64,000 nt of DNA from Vicugna vicugna (GCA_013265495.1 MU058540.1:1141696-1205695); one strand, 5' to 3'; numbered from the stretch's first letter, positions 1-14,424 are shown. Translations and numbers: made by a program. Notes: generated by a model not told the origin, from the letters alone.

Positions 1-863
1 AGTCCTTGGGGATGAGGAGGAAAAGTGTCTTTATTCCCCTCCCAGACACTGGTTGGACTGATCCCTCTTAATTTCCCTTTCTCCCAGCAGACTGAGGGCA
101 GACTGGGGATAGAGGCAGAGGATAAGAGTTTTGTTTATCCAGAGAAAGGCTTCTCTTTCCCTTTTCTTCTGCCTAATCTATAATAGTTGCTCCATAGACA
201 TTGTTCTGAGGGAAGGAGAAGGAAAGATGGTGGACCACTTACAGTGCTACGTTCCCAAGAACAGGGGCCCCCATCACTAAGCACTCTGCCCTGTGGTACC
301 TTTCCTAACACTGAAACTGCCATGCAAGATGAAACCAGAGAATCACTGAACTGCTCTATTTTAAGACCTTCTACTTCAAATATCACACTGTATTGCAATT
401 GCTGGCTTAATTCTCTATCTCCACTGCCAGACTGTAAGCAGCATGAAGGCAGGGGCTGTGTCTGTCTTGTTCACTGAACACAGCACAGTGCTTACGACCC
501 AAGAAGCATTATCTGAATTAACAAACAAACAAATGCAAACAACTGACGCTCAGAAATTCTCAAAACCTCCTTCTTACCACAATTTTCTCTAACTCCAAGT
601 TGCAATGATGTAGATATTGCCTTTTTCTTGGCTTTATATTTACATAATTGACACTGAGTATTAATCTGTGCCAGCCCCTGGACTAAGTGTTCTATATAAT
701 AAATAATTTCACTTAATTTCCCCCAATACAATGAAATAGAAAGGTACTACTATTACAAGTGAAAAAATAAGGTGTAGAGATGTGAAATAATTTGCTCAAG
801 ATCATACAGACTAGTGAGCGTAAGAGCCAGGGATCCCTCTCATTCAGGTCTGACTGACTCTAG

Positions 864-1022
864 GAGGGGGAGAGGGTATATTGCTCAAGTGGTAGAGCGC
901 ATGCTTATGCACAGGGTCCTAGGTTCAATTCCCAGTACCTCCTCCAAAAAATAAATAAATAAGTAAAACCTAATTACCACCCACCCCCAAGAAAAAAAAA
1001 TTTTTTTTAAATTACAATTGAA
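864..1022 (+). mobile_element. tRNA-derived camelid-type SINE (Vic-1-like) inserted in a MIR
   Basis: A/B boxes (gctcaagtggtagagc, ggttcaattcc), A-rich tail, cctaattacc 3' motif; TSD ctgactgactc at 850-860 and 1023-1033. Confidence 0.85.
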
Positions 1023-3321
1023 CTGACTGACTCCAGAATCCAAAATCTTAACCACCACAGACATGGAAACTCCAATGCTTCACTATGAGGCCTGGGCAGG
1101 GTATAAGTGTGTGAAGACCATCAGACTATTCTGACAGAGACACATCATGTTTTCAAAGTAAAGAAGTAGGAGTATTTTCATCTTCACAAAGAATAGGCAT
1201 TCTCTCATTTTTCTTCAAACATGTAGCCCTTCTTATACTCCATTTTTCCACTTTTGAGAGAAATTTCCAGGGGTACAGGAAATACTTTACCTTCCTCTTA
1301 ACTCTACCTTAAAAAGGCAGTATCACCTTTTTGTGTTGGCTCAGCAACCACAATAAATGGCAGTTGACACTGGGCCCTGGTATCAATCACAGAGACCACA
1401 GAGAGAGGGGTAGGGACTATTGGCCAACTGGAAAGGGGTGAACAGTCCAAAAGGCAGCCACCACTCAGCTCTGGCCACAATCATCACAGAGGAATGCTCG
1501 GTCAGTGCTGCCAGATCTTCTGATTTTTTTAAGAAAAACCTAAGACCAGGTTTCTTATTTGAAAATTAAATTATTTTAATAGATATTAAATGTTGGCTAC
1601 TAATTTAAAAAAATTCTTTAATCATCCTGCAGCCCAAAACCAGACATAAGCCAACAGTCTGTTGTCCTCACAACACTCTAGGATAAACAGGCTTTCAAAG
1701 ACTATATATCCAGATCCCTGACTTTCCATGGTCTACCTGGCTCAATGTCTTCCACCTGGAATATTCTTTGTCAGCTACCCAAATCTAACCAAGATATCTA
1801 GGTGTGGCACCACACATTCCATAGAACTGTCCCTAACATTCCACCTCATCTTCACAGACTCCTCCAAATTCCTTAAATGTCCCTCTCTGTCACTTTTCTA
1901 ATTATTTTACATTTTACACTCTAAACTACATCTTGCCAACAGTTTAAAGCTCAAGAGCTCAGATTCTGTATTCTACATACCTTAAAACCCTCAGTTTGAA
2001 GTATTTTTTATAGATACCACAACTACTTTTGTAATTAAAACAAAATCCTTTTTGAAAGAAAAAGTCACTCATAGCTCCTGGCTGAAGGATGATACCAAGC
2101 TAGCCCCTTATTAAATATTTGTCTAACCCATGAAAATAACATAGAAATATAATGATAACATACAGAGACTTTCTAACTCATTTTACTAATAAACTCTACA
2201 AGTTTTGTCTTATTATTATTAAAGGCAGTCTACCCAACTGCAAAACCTCACAGGAAGAAATCAGCATTGCAGTGGTAAGTGTAAAAGCTCTGAGTCAGGG
2301 CTCAGCACAGTCAGTAAATGACTGAATACAAGTCTGGCATTCAGTTTATAAATCAGTCATTTCTGCAGAGAAGAAGAGAATGAAAACATTAAACAATCAA
2401 AAGTTTCCATTACACTAGCTCATGTTACTATGAAAAGTGTTTCATGAAAACATAATTTTTCTTAAGGAATATTTTATTAGGATTCTTAAATATTCAAAGA
2501 AAAATCACATCCTTCCTCATTTTTACAGAAAGTAGAAGCACTATATGTCTGAGTTCATACCCATTTCTGTTCATCATTGCTAAGCTGCTCTCATAAAGCA
2601 CATCAGAAAAGTGTTCAATAACAGACTCAAAGAAAAGATTTCCAGGCAGTTCTTTTGAAGGACTTTACTCTTTCATGAACAAAGAGATCAACTAACTATA
2701 TAAAGAAAATCTACCTAAGGAGTCATTTCTTTTTTATGTTTATAATACTTTTCTTCTCTTTATAACGTTTCTACTTGCTTTAAATTTTTATTTTTTGTAG
2801 TAATTTTTTTTTTACATGGAGTAGAAATTCACTATCTTTATCTCCTTTTGGAAGCGTTCACAAAACATATTATCACAATATAATTCTTTATGACACTTAA
2901 GCAACTAATTTCCCATTTTAAAAGGAGTTTAAAAAAAATCCTAAACTAAGAATTTTTTTAAACTGTATTTGGACAAAGCACATCAAAAGGCATGATCTTA
3001 CTTTGCCTCAGATACATAACCAGATTTCCACAAACTACACTAAGAAAGCAGCAGCAGAATGTAATTTAAATGATAAAATGTAAAAAAAAAAAAGGGGGAA
3101 AAAACCACTCATGTTTGCTTTGTAAATACTTTTGGTGCTCACAGTTGAATATGGGTCTATCATTCTTTAAAAAATTATGAATTTTTTTTTCTATTTCAAA
3201 TTAAATAAGGAGGTTGCACTGTGATAACCTTTTTCAGTCGTCTTCCCATACCCAGCTCTAGGCTGGCATTTCGGGACGGGCTGTTAGGAAGACACAAAAA
3301 AGAAATTTAAGGCATGGTCTG

Positions 3322-4316
3322 TGAGAAAGAAAACAACTCAGTTTTCTTCTTCTTGAGCAGGGAAAAACCCAGTTCTTCCCTATTGTGTGTTTTCCCCCTG
3401 TGAGTCTCCTTCAGTATTCACACAGAACACTTCACTTCTAATACTTCTGATCTCCAGATGTGTCTGGGGTTTTCCCACATGAAGCAAGTCTCTGCAACAC
3501 CAGCTGGGTGTTCTACAATTTAACTCAATTCTGACACTATCTACCGGGAGAAAGTGTCTACCTGGAGATCCCACAAATTAAGGGCTCAGTCCTACAGGAC
3601 TGCCCCTCCCCACTTCAGATGCCAGCCCCTCTCTCCATGCAGATGCCAGTCCTAATCTCAGGATACAACCTGTGCTTCTGACCAACCACCTACGGACTGA
3701 AGGTTCCAATGATCCCTTCCTTGGGTTCCATTAATTTGCAAGAGTGGGTCACAGAACTCAGGGAAACACTCACAATTACCTGTTTATTAAAGGACATGAT
3801 AAAGGATAAAGATGAACAGCCAGAAGAAGATACATAGGGCAAGGTCAGGGAGGGTCCTGAGTGTAGGAGCTTCTGTCCTCATGGAGTTGGGGTGCACCAC
3901 CCTCCCAGTGTGGATGTGTCTGCCCATCTGGAAGGTCTCTGAACCCCATGGGGGCTTCATTACATAGGCATGATCTATTCTTAACTCCATCTTCAGCTCT
4001 TCTCCCTCAAGAGAATGGGGCACAGGGCTGAAAATTCCAAACTTCTAATCATGCCCTGGTCTCTCCAGTGATCAGTCTTCATCCAGGAGCTATCCAGGAG
4101 CCACCCAGAACTGCCTCATTAGAACAAAAGACACTCCTATCACCTATGAAATTATAAGGATTTCAGTAGCCTTGTGTCAGGAACAGATGTCAAAGACCAA
4201 TATTAGAACAAGAGATGTTCCTAGTGTTCTTACCACTGAGGAAATTACAAGGGCTTTAGGAGCTCTATGCCAGGAACTGGGGACAGAGATCAATGCATAT
4301 TTTCTATTATCTCACA
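3322..4316 (-). mobile_element. Solo LTR, MER21-like (ERVL class)
   Basis: TG...CA termini with perfect 5-bp TSD GTCTG (3317-3321, 4317-4321); minus strand begins TGTGAGATAATAGAAAATATGCATTGATCTCTGTCCCCAGTTCCTGGCATAGAGCTCCTAAAGCCCTTG. Confidence 0.8.
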
Positions 4317-4934
4317 GTCTGTCTCAGGAGGAGCTGAAAAGCCAGAATTCCACTCAGAATTCTACCTGCTTCCCACTCCACAGCTGGGGACAAAGGCATA
4401 TGGCTAAAGCGAACAGCTTCCTACCAGGTTTAGGCTCATATATTACCTTTAGAAGGAATGTACTCTGGCTTACAAGGTCAGCTCTGGGTAGTCTAAACAA
4501 TGAGAGTTTAGAAATCAGCAAAACCAGTCTGATCCAGATGACTGCTGAACTGCTTTTCAGGGGCTTGAAGGCCAGTTAGGCAAGCAGCTTCCACAGGGTA
4601 GCACTCTCCTGAAACACATACAGCCCACTGCCAACACATCCCCAGACTCGCAAGAACTATTCAATCCTAGACACACACTCTGTCTCTCTCTCCCCCTTAG
4701 CATCCCCAGCAGTTCCCCACTCTAGAAGGATCCCTGACACTTAAGGTAACCAAGCCTCAATAAAAGGAAGTATTGAGGTAGAAGTAGGTAAGTATTGAAA
4801 AGCCATAGGTACTCAAGTAGTACGGGTTCAAATACACTTCTGGGAAAAATTGGCAAACTTTTGTTCTACTAAACAAAAAATGGCCTCCAACCTTTAATTA
4901 GCAATGCACGGTGGTACTTTTATAAGCTAACTAC

Positions 4935-6283
4935 CTAGTCTCTTCAACAAGTGCTGTTAGGAAAGCTGGACAGCCACATGCAAATCAATGAAGTTGGAAC
5001 ACTCCCTCGCACCCTATACAAAAATAAAACTCAAAATAGCTTAAAGACTTAAACAGTTTAAGACAAGACACTATAAACCTCCTAGAAGAAAACATAGGCA
5101 AAACATTCTCTGACATAGATCTTAGTAATGTTCTCCTAGGACAGTCTACCCAGGCAACAGAAATAAAAGCAAAAATAAACAAATGGGACCTTTTTAAGCT
5201 TTTGCACAGCAAAGAAAACTATAAACAAAACAAAAAGACAACTTATGGAATGGGAAAAAATACTTGCAAATGATGCGACTGACAAGGGCTTAATTTCCAG
5301 AATATAAAAACAGCTCATACAACTTAATAATAAACAAACAAACAAAAAAAACCAATCCAATCCAAAAATGGCAGAAGACCTAAACAAGTTAATTCTCCAA
5401 TGAAGACATATAAATGGCCAACAGGCACATGAAAAAATGCTCAATATTGCTAATTATCGGAGAAATGCAAATCAAAACTACAGTAAGGTATCACCTCACA
5501 CCAGTCAGAATGATCATCATTAAAAAGTCCACAAACAATAAACGTTGGAGAGGGTGTGAAAAGAGAACCCTCCTACACTGTTGGTTGGAATGCAGTTTGG
5601 TGCAGCCATTATGTAAAACATAATGGAGATACTTCAAAACATTAAAAATAGATGTACCACATGATCCAGCAATCATACTCCTGGGCATATATCCAGAGGG
5701 AACTCTAATTCAAAAAGACACATGCACTCCAACATTCACAGCAGCACTATTTACAATAGCCAAGACACGGAAACAACCTAAATATCCATCGACAGCTGAC
5801 TGCATAAAGCAGTTGTAGTATATTTATACAATGGAATATTATTTGGCCATTAAAAATGCCATTTGCAGCAACTTGGATGGACCTAGAGATCGGCATTCTA
5901 AGTGAAATAAGCCAGAAAGAAAAATGCTGTATGATATCACTTACATGAGGAATCTTGGAAAAAAAAAAAAAGACACAGATGAACTTATTTACAAAATGGA
6001 AACAGACTCAGACATAGAAAACAAACTTACAGTTACCAAAGGAGAAAGATGGTGGGGGAGGGATAAAAAGGGAGTTTGGGATTTGCAGATACTAACTACT
6101 ATATATAAAGAAGATACATAGCAAATTTATACTGCATAGAGAACTATATTCAATATCTTGTAGTAACCAATAATGAAAAAGAATATGAAAATGAATATAT
6201 ATATATGTATGACTGAAGTACTATGCTGTACACCAGAAACTGACACAACACTGTAAACTGACTATACTTCAATAAAAAAAATA
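4935..6283 (+). mobile_element. 5'-truncated LINE-1 (ORF2 C-terminus + 3'UTR + polyA), antisense to NUDT3
   Basis: ORF2-like remnant [10 protein letters not shown]...[22 protein letters not shown] and A-tail; TSD ataag(c/t)taactac at 4922-4934 and 6284-6296. Confidence 0.92.
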
Positions 6284-6318
6284 ATAAGTTAACTACTTGA
6301 CTAGTGTGCTATAGCCAC

Positions 6319-6319
6319 T

Positions 6320-6351
<32 letters not shown>

Positions 6352-6352
6352 A
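6319..6352. repeat. (CA)n microsatellite
   Basis: Visible CA run. Confidence 0.95.
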
Positions 6353-8167
6353 GACACCCTTTAAGAAGAATCTAGGGTGAGAAACAGGATGGCTACAGAA
6401 GACAGGTGGGAAGGAGATTGACATTTTATTCCATATTCTTCGTAACTTTTTAATTTTGTACTGTGTGCATATATATATTTCCCAGTCAAAGTAGTCCTTC
6501 TGAGTAAACTACCCTAAGAAAAGTAGAAAGAAACTTTAGGGTCTTTACTTTGGGTTCTTTCAGACTTAATCTTTTAAAAAGATTATAGTACTTTCCTTTA
6601 TCTCCACCAATACATTACTTAAATACAGCTTTTTCTCATAAACTCTTACCATTCATCCTATTCACTTTACACCTCACACTCAAAGGAAAGAAGCTGGCTT
6701 CATGGGATGTTACTGCTTTGTTTGCTGGCTAGCTTTACAGAACAGAGTAAGGAAGATCCAGGAAAATGGGAAAGGTAATAATGCCCCACAGGATCTGGTT
6801 TCCTCCCACCTCCCCAACATCTCCCACCACACTCCCCAACTCTGCCCTCTGGTACTGACCTGCTTCCCAAGCTCATTCTTCACTTGGGGCCTCTGTAATT
6901 GCTCTTTCCTCTACCTTGCCATTCAATATCAATCAGAATTTGCCGACCTCCTCTCCCATTTCAGTTACACCATGCATTTATTTCCCACCCAGCACCCACT
7001 ACTGCCTAAGAAAAAAAAAATTATCAAGTTCACTAATATTTTTGCTCATTTACTGTCTCCTAGCATTTGTATCAGATGCTTCACAAGAGCAATGGCTTCC
7101 ATTCTGCCTTGTTCATCACGGTGTCCCCAGAACAATGCTCAACCTGGAAGCAGGCACTTAATAAAAGTTTGTAGAACAAATGAGTAAGTAAGTGAATGAA
7201 CATAAGAAGGAATACTTTTTCTTATTCAAAGGGTTAGGAAGCAAGGCTTTGAGAAGGCTGGGAAAAAGACTGTGAACACTCTCGAGCATCCATGTTACTT
7301 CAAGGCAGAAATTCTCAAACTGGATTCAAGAAGTTTTCTTGGGTGTTGAGAGAGGATTTCACTCAGCTGTGTATGTTTTATTACTAAATTGTAAGTTTGA
7401 ACTTTATTTCCAAATTCAATTCTTAAATCTTCTTTTATCCACGTTTTTGTTTTTGTTTTTTTTGCCTATGATGACTCCTTCGTTCTGTTTCATATGTTAA
7501 TCACCATCAATTAAATGCTTTTAGGACTCAGCCCACATAAACTTTACATGTTTCTTTTACTTTACCCTACATAAAGAACAAAGTAGTGATGACGGGAAAA
7601 TTTTATGACCCTTCTTATCAATCTGCATTCCCAAATTAACTACTTCAGTATTAACTAAACTTTAGAATCCAGATTTAACATACACTGTTGACTATGAACC
7701 ACTATTGACAAGTCATTAAAACAGTATCTACTACTCAACTGTTGTTTGTTGGTATATTTACTTACTAATAAAGGTTCCAGGCTATCAGCAACATAAAAAT
7801 CCTTTTCCCTCAGGTACTGTACCACTAGGATTAGGCATCACATTATCAACCAACTACCCAACACAAATCCTAGAAGATGGCACAGACTCTCAGTTCAACA
7901 CTGGAAAGAAATCCTAAAAGTCCCATCATGGGATGATCCAATAAGATTCAGAAAAGACTTACAGCCAAATACACATATACTCCTGTTGGGCTGATACTCA
8001 AGATCATCAGACACCCTGTCACTAAAATTGGAAATAAAGAAAGAGCTGGGAGACGTCTCTGAAACATATTTATCAACATATTATTGGTAGACACTAGCAT
8101 TCAGGTTGTTTTTATTACTTTCAGTTCCTCCACTATACTGTATGCTTCTTGAAAGTAGTGACTGTGT

Positions 8168-9740
8168 TCATTCAGTCATTTGCACAGTCAATAAATAATA
8201 TTAAGCATTTACTAAATTCTAAGCATTGAGGACACAGGAGTGAAAAAAACTGATAAAGGAGAGAAAAATCCCTATTCTCGTGGACTAGCTTGCATTCAGT
8301 TGAGAGAAAACAAAAAATAAACAAATGGATACATAATACGTCTTGACGGTAGTATGTGCTGTCAAGGAAAAGAGCACAAAAGACAAACAGTGGACAGTAA
8401 CAGACAATGGACTGGGGTTATTTTATATAAGGGTGATCATTAAAGACCTGTCTGATAAGGTGAAAATTAAACAAAGACCTGAAGTGAGGGAGTGAGCCAT
8501 GCAGATAATATGGAGGAGAAACAGCACAGAGCCAGTGTGCTGGAAGAGAGGGATGAGTAACAGGGAGAGTGGTAAGAGATGAGGTCAGAGCTATGGCAGG
8601 GGACCAAATTGTCCAGAGCCTTAGAGATCATAGTTAAGACTTTGGATTTACTGAAACTGAACACCACTGGAGCAGAGGAGTGACACGATCTGGCTTCCGT
8701 GTTAGAGAGAATCACTATCAGCTGTAGCAGTGAAGACTGGAGGAGTAACGGCAGAAGCAGGGAGACCAGTTAGGAAGATACAGCAATAATCCAGGTGAAA
8801 GGCAAGAATGGGTTAGGATAAAATAGCACAGCGAAGGTTGAATAAGGTTATTCAAGATTTGCTGTCATATTAGATGTAGGTATAAGAAGGGGAGAAGTCA
8901 AGGATGATTCCAAGGTTTCTAACATGAGCAACTGGTAATATGGAGATATCATTTACTAAAAGAGGGATAACTTTAAGAGAAGCAGGTTTCTGCTGCTGTT
9001 TGTTCTTTGGGATGGAATTAAGAATTCAGTTTGGGCATTTTTAAGTTTGAGATGCCTATCAGATATCCAAATGGAAATACTGAGCAGACCACAGGATAGT
9101 CTAGTTTTGATTTCAAGAGAGAAGTCAGGGCTAAAAACAGATATTCAAAAGTAATCAGTAAAAATACTGTACATATTTAGAGATGGAACTATTAAGATCA
9201 CCTACTGTATGAGTGTGTGTTTGGGATGGAGGGGGGCAATTTTCAAAGATTGTGCCCTCGTGCTGCTATGAAAAGAAGTCAGGAAAATGAGGAATACCGC
9301 AATAGTACCACAAAGGGAGAGAAGAACTAGAGAGATGCCCTAGAAGCAAGGTGATGAAAGTATTTCAAGAAGAAAGGAATGATCGGGTAACATAAGGATT
9401 GAGAACTGCCCACTGGATGTGGCTAACTTGTTGGATCTTGGAACATGGCTTCAGCAAAAGTCGTAGAGACGAGTGCCTGAACCGAGCGAGTTCAAGAGAG
9501 AATAGGAAGAGGGAAAGTGGAGACAGTGAGTAAAGAAAAGCTATGCTATGAAAGGGAAGAGAGAAAATGGGATGGTAGCTGGAAGGAATATGGAGTCAAG
9601 GGAGCTTTTTTTTTTTAAGACGGGAAATATTATAGCCTGTTTGACCTGGGAATAAACAGTAGAGAAGAAAAGGCAATGAAGCAAGAAAGTCAGGACAATA
9701 ATGGGCTGAGGTAGCTGCGTAGGCAGGAGGGGATGGGCAC
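8168..9740 (-). mobile_element. LINE-2 fragment
   Basis: Starts with a tcattcagtcatt tail and continues with typical purine-rich antisense L2 motifs (ggagaccagttaggaag, aggatgattccaaggtt). Edges approximate. Confidence 0.75.
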
Positions 9741-9862
9741 AAGTGCACAGCGGGCAGAGCGTTTGGCTTTATAAGGGAGCACAGTCTCATTTATCCATGT
9801 AGTCCCAGGATCTTGCACAGAGACTAGTTCATAGCAGGGCTCTCAAAAAAAACGTGTGCTGA

Positions 9863-9979
9863 GGGGAGGGTATAGCTCAAGTAGAGTGCATGCTTAGCAT
9901 GCAGGAGGTCCTGGGTTCAATCCCCAGTACCTCCATTAAAAATAAATAAATAAAACCCAATTATCACCCCCTCCCCAAG
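9863..9979 (+). mobile_element. tRNA-derived SINE (Vic-1-like)
   Basis: ggggagggtatagctcaagtagag...gggttcaatccccagtacc; TSD aaaac(g/a)tgtgctga at 9849-9862 and 9980-9993. Confidence 0.88.
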
Positions 9980-10242
9980 AAAACATGTGCTGAAGGAATG
10001 AATAAACAAATGTATTGTTGAACAAGGGCCCTTCCTTTTTGTACTATGCTCTGAAGAAAAATATAGATTGCTTAACACAGTAGATACACAATGACATATT
10101 TACTGAGAAATGAGAATCATCCAAAAGCAAAAGATTAGGGCAAGGAATGGGAAAAAAGTAGGGAGAATGCAGTATGATTTCAGACCAGAATTCACATCCC
10201 AGGAAGTAAGTAGAAAAGGAGATAATGGGAGAAAACACCTAA

Positions 10243-10317
10243 GTGACTAACTATATAGGGGAAGCATACACACACACAGGATCAACGCACACATGGTGAC
10301 TAACTATATAGGGGAAG

Positions 10318-10350
<33 letters not shown>
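10243..10350 (+). repeat. 36-bp direct duplication (53-bp period) ending in (CA)n
   Basis: gtgactaactatataggggaagcatacacacacaca at 10243 and 10296. Confidence 0.92.
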
Positions 10351-10353
<3 letters not shown>

Positions 10354-10593
10354 TAAAAAAACCTGTGTTACACTCCCCAACCCCAGTCCAGGGAGGGTAC
10401 GCAGAGTACAAGCAAGCCCACCCCCAGTGTGACTCGCATTCTGTAATCACAGAGGCTCCAAGAAAGGAAAGAAATGAGGGAAACAGGAAAAGGAAGTGCT
10501 TTAGGAAGGCCCAAGGTGAATTACACAACAAAGATGAACATCATATTACCCAATTTAGTACAACAAAATTTTACTCAAGAAATATGTTCAAGA

Positions 10594-10718
10594 GGGGAAG
10601 GTACAGCTCAAGTGGTAGAGTGCATGCTAAGTGTACAGCAGGTCCTGGGTTTAATCCCCAGCACTTCTAAAAATAAAATAAATAACTAAACCTAATTACC
10701 TCCCCGCAAGAAGAAAAC
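10594..10718 (+). mobile_element. tRNA-derived SINE (Vic-1-like)
   Basis: Same head, body and tail; degenerate TSD aagaaatatgttcaag / aagaaatgtttcag. Confidence 0.85.
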
Positions 10719-13700
10719 AAAGAAATGTTTCAGTCTTCTATACTGTTTATGATAAAATGCTAATTGGAAGATATGGTAGAATAAAAACATAAATGTATAT
10801 TTATTTGCTAATCCTTGTTAGTAGATCCATGATGTCTTGAATGTGGGTCTATTGCTGAACTGCAAGTTGTCTTTCATATACCACACCTACCATGCATGAC
10901 TTGTATTTTCTAGTTCTAATTCCTATGAAGAAAAACAAAAATCTGAAAACATTCATGAAGTAATCTATGTGCAGAGTCCTTCTAGACTTTTAAGATTCCC
11001 TCTCCATCTTTTGTAGTTTGCTTATCCATATAATTGAACAATTTCTTTTAGTAACTTGAAATTATCGAGTTATTCCAAAGCATCTGAAATACTTCTCACA
11101 AAATCATTCTTTTTAAAATCAAACGTCAACAGCTGACGTCATATTCAGTTATACTGTATAATTACAATAGTAAGTACAATGAACATAAACAGATACACAG
11201 ATAAATACAACTGACTCTTTGTAAACACTTGATTGGTTGAGAGGCCACATGGGTGGGGGCCTGTCAGACCCAGCAACATACAGAGTAACAGCAAGCATGC
11301 AGTGCATCATGTTTGTTAGAGCAGAGGCTGGGCAAGAGACTGCCCACTGTACATCAAGCTGTTACATCAAGTCATGTTAGCTACCATGAGCACCCCAAGC
11401 TTAAAGATTTTAATTTATCAAAACGTCAGTAACAATTAGTAAAACATCTAAGTGGGGGGACTTTCCTGCTACTGATTCTTGTTTATCAACAGGAAAAGCA
11501 GCCAGAGGTTTGAAGGAAAGAGAACTCATTTTCATCATGTTGGGTCTGTCCCACTAGCCGATAAGCTCCCTGCACGTCTGTCTCCTTTGTAATTGTATCA
11601 CAGAACCTGACACTCAGTGAGTGCTCAATAGACTTGCCCAGTAAACTTGCTGAATATGTTCACACATCCTAACCTGGATCAGTATTTCAGCTGCTATCAC
11701 TGCTGGCCTATAAATAAAATTTTCTGGGGCTTAAAAAAAAGGAATGTTAGAAGGTTTGAGTCATGGTCCATTATCTGCTAATATTTTCCATCTGTTTTTC
11801 TTTACATTGTATGTATGTTTCCTGACATTGGTTAATTATACTTACAAATCAGGGTCCAAGTTATACTTACATTATTATTGTATTAATGCTAATAATATTC
11901 TGTAAACTATTCTATTTTGATTAAAGCCATTAGTGCCCATTAAAAAATAAAGTTGGGCTGAATGTCCTATTGAGTTTGAATTTCACATTCCCACAATGTG
12001 CGGCAGCTAATACTTTCAGTTTTTGGCACTACTATTGAGAACATAAAAGTTCTCCTGGAACTAACAAATTACTTCCCTTCCAACACAATTATATAATCTG
12101 AGAGTTGAATGGCACCCTAGAGATTATTCTGTGGTCCCCAAATCCCTCCCAATTAAGGATTCTAATCAAAAACTACTCAAGTTTTTGGGGCAGGGAGAGA
12201 TGTTTAGCTTTAAACCCCACATTACAGAATGCCTCACCTAGAGTAGGCTCTTAATACATAGCTTAAATCTGAAATGCACCCATTTCATTAATTTTCTTAT
12301 TCTTCCTAGGGCTTTAGCTGTAGCAGCTACTGAATCTGTAATTAAAGATCTGCATGAATCTTCTGCTCATTAACCCATGTTTAAAAAGAAATTCAAGAGA
12401 GGAAACTCCACGATCAGTCAAATGTTTTAACATTAACACTGCTTATGTCAGTACATAATAAAACTTGAACAGAAAATGGAAAATCAAGTCTTCATTAGTT
12501 TGCTTAAGATCTATAAAGGGTTTCCAACTTATCCAAGATAGTCATATGTCCTCAATTTCTTATATGATTTTTTTAAACAAAGTCTTGTATCATTCATACA
12601 AGTAAATTATCCACCCTTCTTATAATTGGGGTGCTCACAGATTTAACCATAGTACTGCAGTAAGGTATGTTATTATGCTAATTCATTTTCCCTCTAGTTA
12701 ACAGCCTGTGATCCCATCTGATTTCCCATAAATGACATGATAATGAAGAGAGCAAAGCTTCTGGAGCAGTAAACACCACCAATAATTTTACTTTAGTCAA
12801 GTATGTATTCCAAAAAAAGTACATAATTTACAGCATGGCCTTGCTTAGCACTGCTTTAACAATGCGTCAGTTTTGAAGGCTTTTACAATATTTGCAAGGG
12901 CACAAAGTATACATTTCCAAATCCTGTTTCCTACTGTTTTGCTGAAAGGGAACACACAATATCCCTCAACAGCACAATTACAGTGGGCTTTATTAACTTT
13001 TTTTTTCCCAGGCAATAATTTAAATTCCCACTTCCTCCTAAATATCTTTGGACAGCAACTCCTGGCAACCCATCTGTCTCTTTCATCACAGCTTCTTTTC
13101 ATAACTAAAGGGTCAAGTTCTTTTCTCTCCATTTCAACACGACGCACTGTACTTGCAGCCCTGCCACGATAGCCCACTACTGACTGCCGGAATATAGCAT
13201 ATTGAATTTCGCTGTCCTTCATTGTTTCCAGTTTAACTGCCATTTTACCACCATGCACACGAGAGAAATGCGTTCCCACAGGCATCTTATGAATTTCCAA
13301 AGCAGCTATTCTTTGAGGATTTACAAAACATTTGCCTTCTCTGAATTCCCTTTATCACCAGAGAAACGGCTTTGGGGAGCTGAGATTTTTTTAAAGTACC
13401 TTATGCAAAAAACCCCACAAAAACGGATTTTAAGCATTTCTATTTTGCTAACAATTTTAATCCTAAAGGCCTTCCTATAGGGCAGTGTAGGAATCTTAAA
13501 TACTGCTTTTGGCCTTCCCAATTAAAATGAAAATTTTTCAGCCCACAAAAATGATCTCATCAAGTATTCTTTCTTCTTAGCCTACACCCTAAGGGCTACC
13601 CAGCGCGTTGTAAAATAAACAACTGGCTTTGGATTTTGTACAACGCCCTAAATCTTCCTAAAAGCCCCCACCTTGGGCTCACAGACGCACATAATCCCTC

Positions 13701-14187
13701 GGCAAACCTCAAACCTGCCAAGGAAGTGGACTCTTTCTCTGCCACAAAGGGACGGCCCACGCCTCGTGCACGGCGGCCTCTGCACACATGTGCTGGGCTG
13801 ACAAGTGCGGAGCGGCCCTTCCTGGATCCAAAGCGGTAAGCTTAGACCGAAAGCCACACTCTTCCCCACCCACTGCCTTCTGCCCACGGCCACTCTCCCC
13901 AATGATAGGCGACCCGCTCCGAAGTGCCCCGGCCGCGGACTGGCGTCCCAGTCGGCCTGGCTCGTGCCGTACGGCCACGCTCAGACCCACTTCCCCTCCA
14001 CCCATCGTCCTTTTTCCTTCCCCCTATTCTTCGCCTCAGAAATTCCGTCGGAACTTTTTCGGGCCGAGCGGAGAGGCCCAGCCTGGGACCCGGGCACACC
14101 CTCCCCTGACGGCCGCGCCCCCCGCGTCTCGGCCCGAAGCGGCCACCGAACCCGGGGACCCGCAGCCCGCCGGGCCCAGCGCCTCAC

Positions 14188-14286
14188 CTCCTCCTCGCTC
14201 TCGCTGCGGAAACACAGGCACGCGGCCCGCTTCTTGTAGCCGTCGCCGTCATAGGTGCGGGTCTGGTTCGACTTGAGCTTCATCAT
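14188..14286 (-). CDS. NUDT3: NUDT3 (DIPP1, diphosphoinositol polyphosphate phosphohydrolase 1) coding exon 1; remaining exons lie beyond the left edge
   Basis: Translates MMKLKSNQTRTYDGDGYKKRAACLCFRSESEEE (33 aa), the recognised DIPP1 N-terminus. Followed by a phase-0 donor GAG|GTGAGG at 14187. Lies in a CpG island next to RPS10. Confidence 0.97.
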
Positions 14287-14424
14287 CCTCCGGGCCCGGG
14301 TAGGGGTGCCGTGCGGGTCGCGGGAGTCGAAGGTGGGGAGCCCGCTCCGGACGGCCGCGCGCGCGCGCGCCCCCGGCTCGACCAAGGGAAGCAGGGAGGG
14401 GGAGCCGCTTCTCCGCTACACGGC

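Noticed and set aside
864..945. tRNA-Ala-like sequences at the SINE heads as real tRNA genes
   Set aside because: Degenerate stems, A-rich tails and TSDs identify them as SINEs.
12845..13300. 151-aa minus-strand ORF in NUDT3 intron 1
   Set aside because: No recognisable homology, no convincing splice or polyA context; not NUDT3 exon 2.
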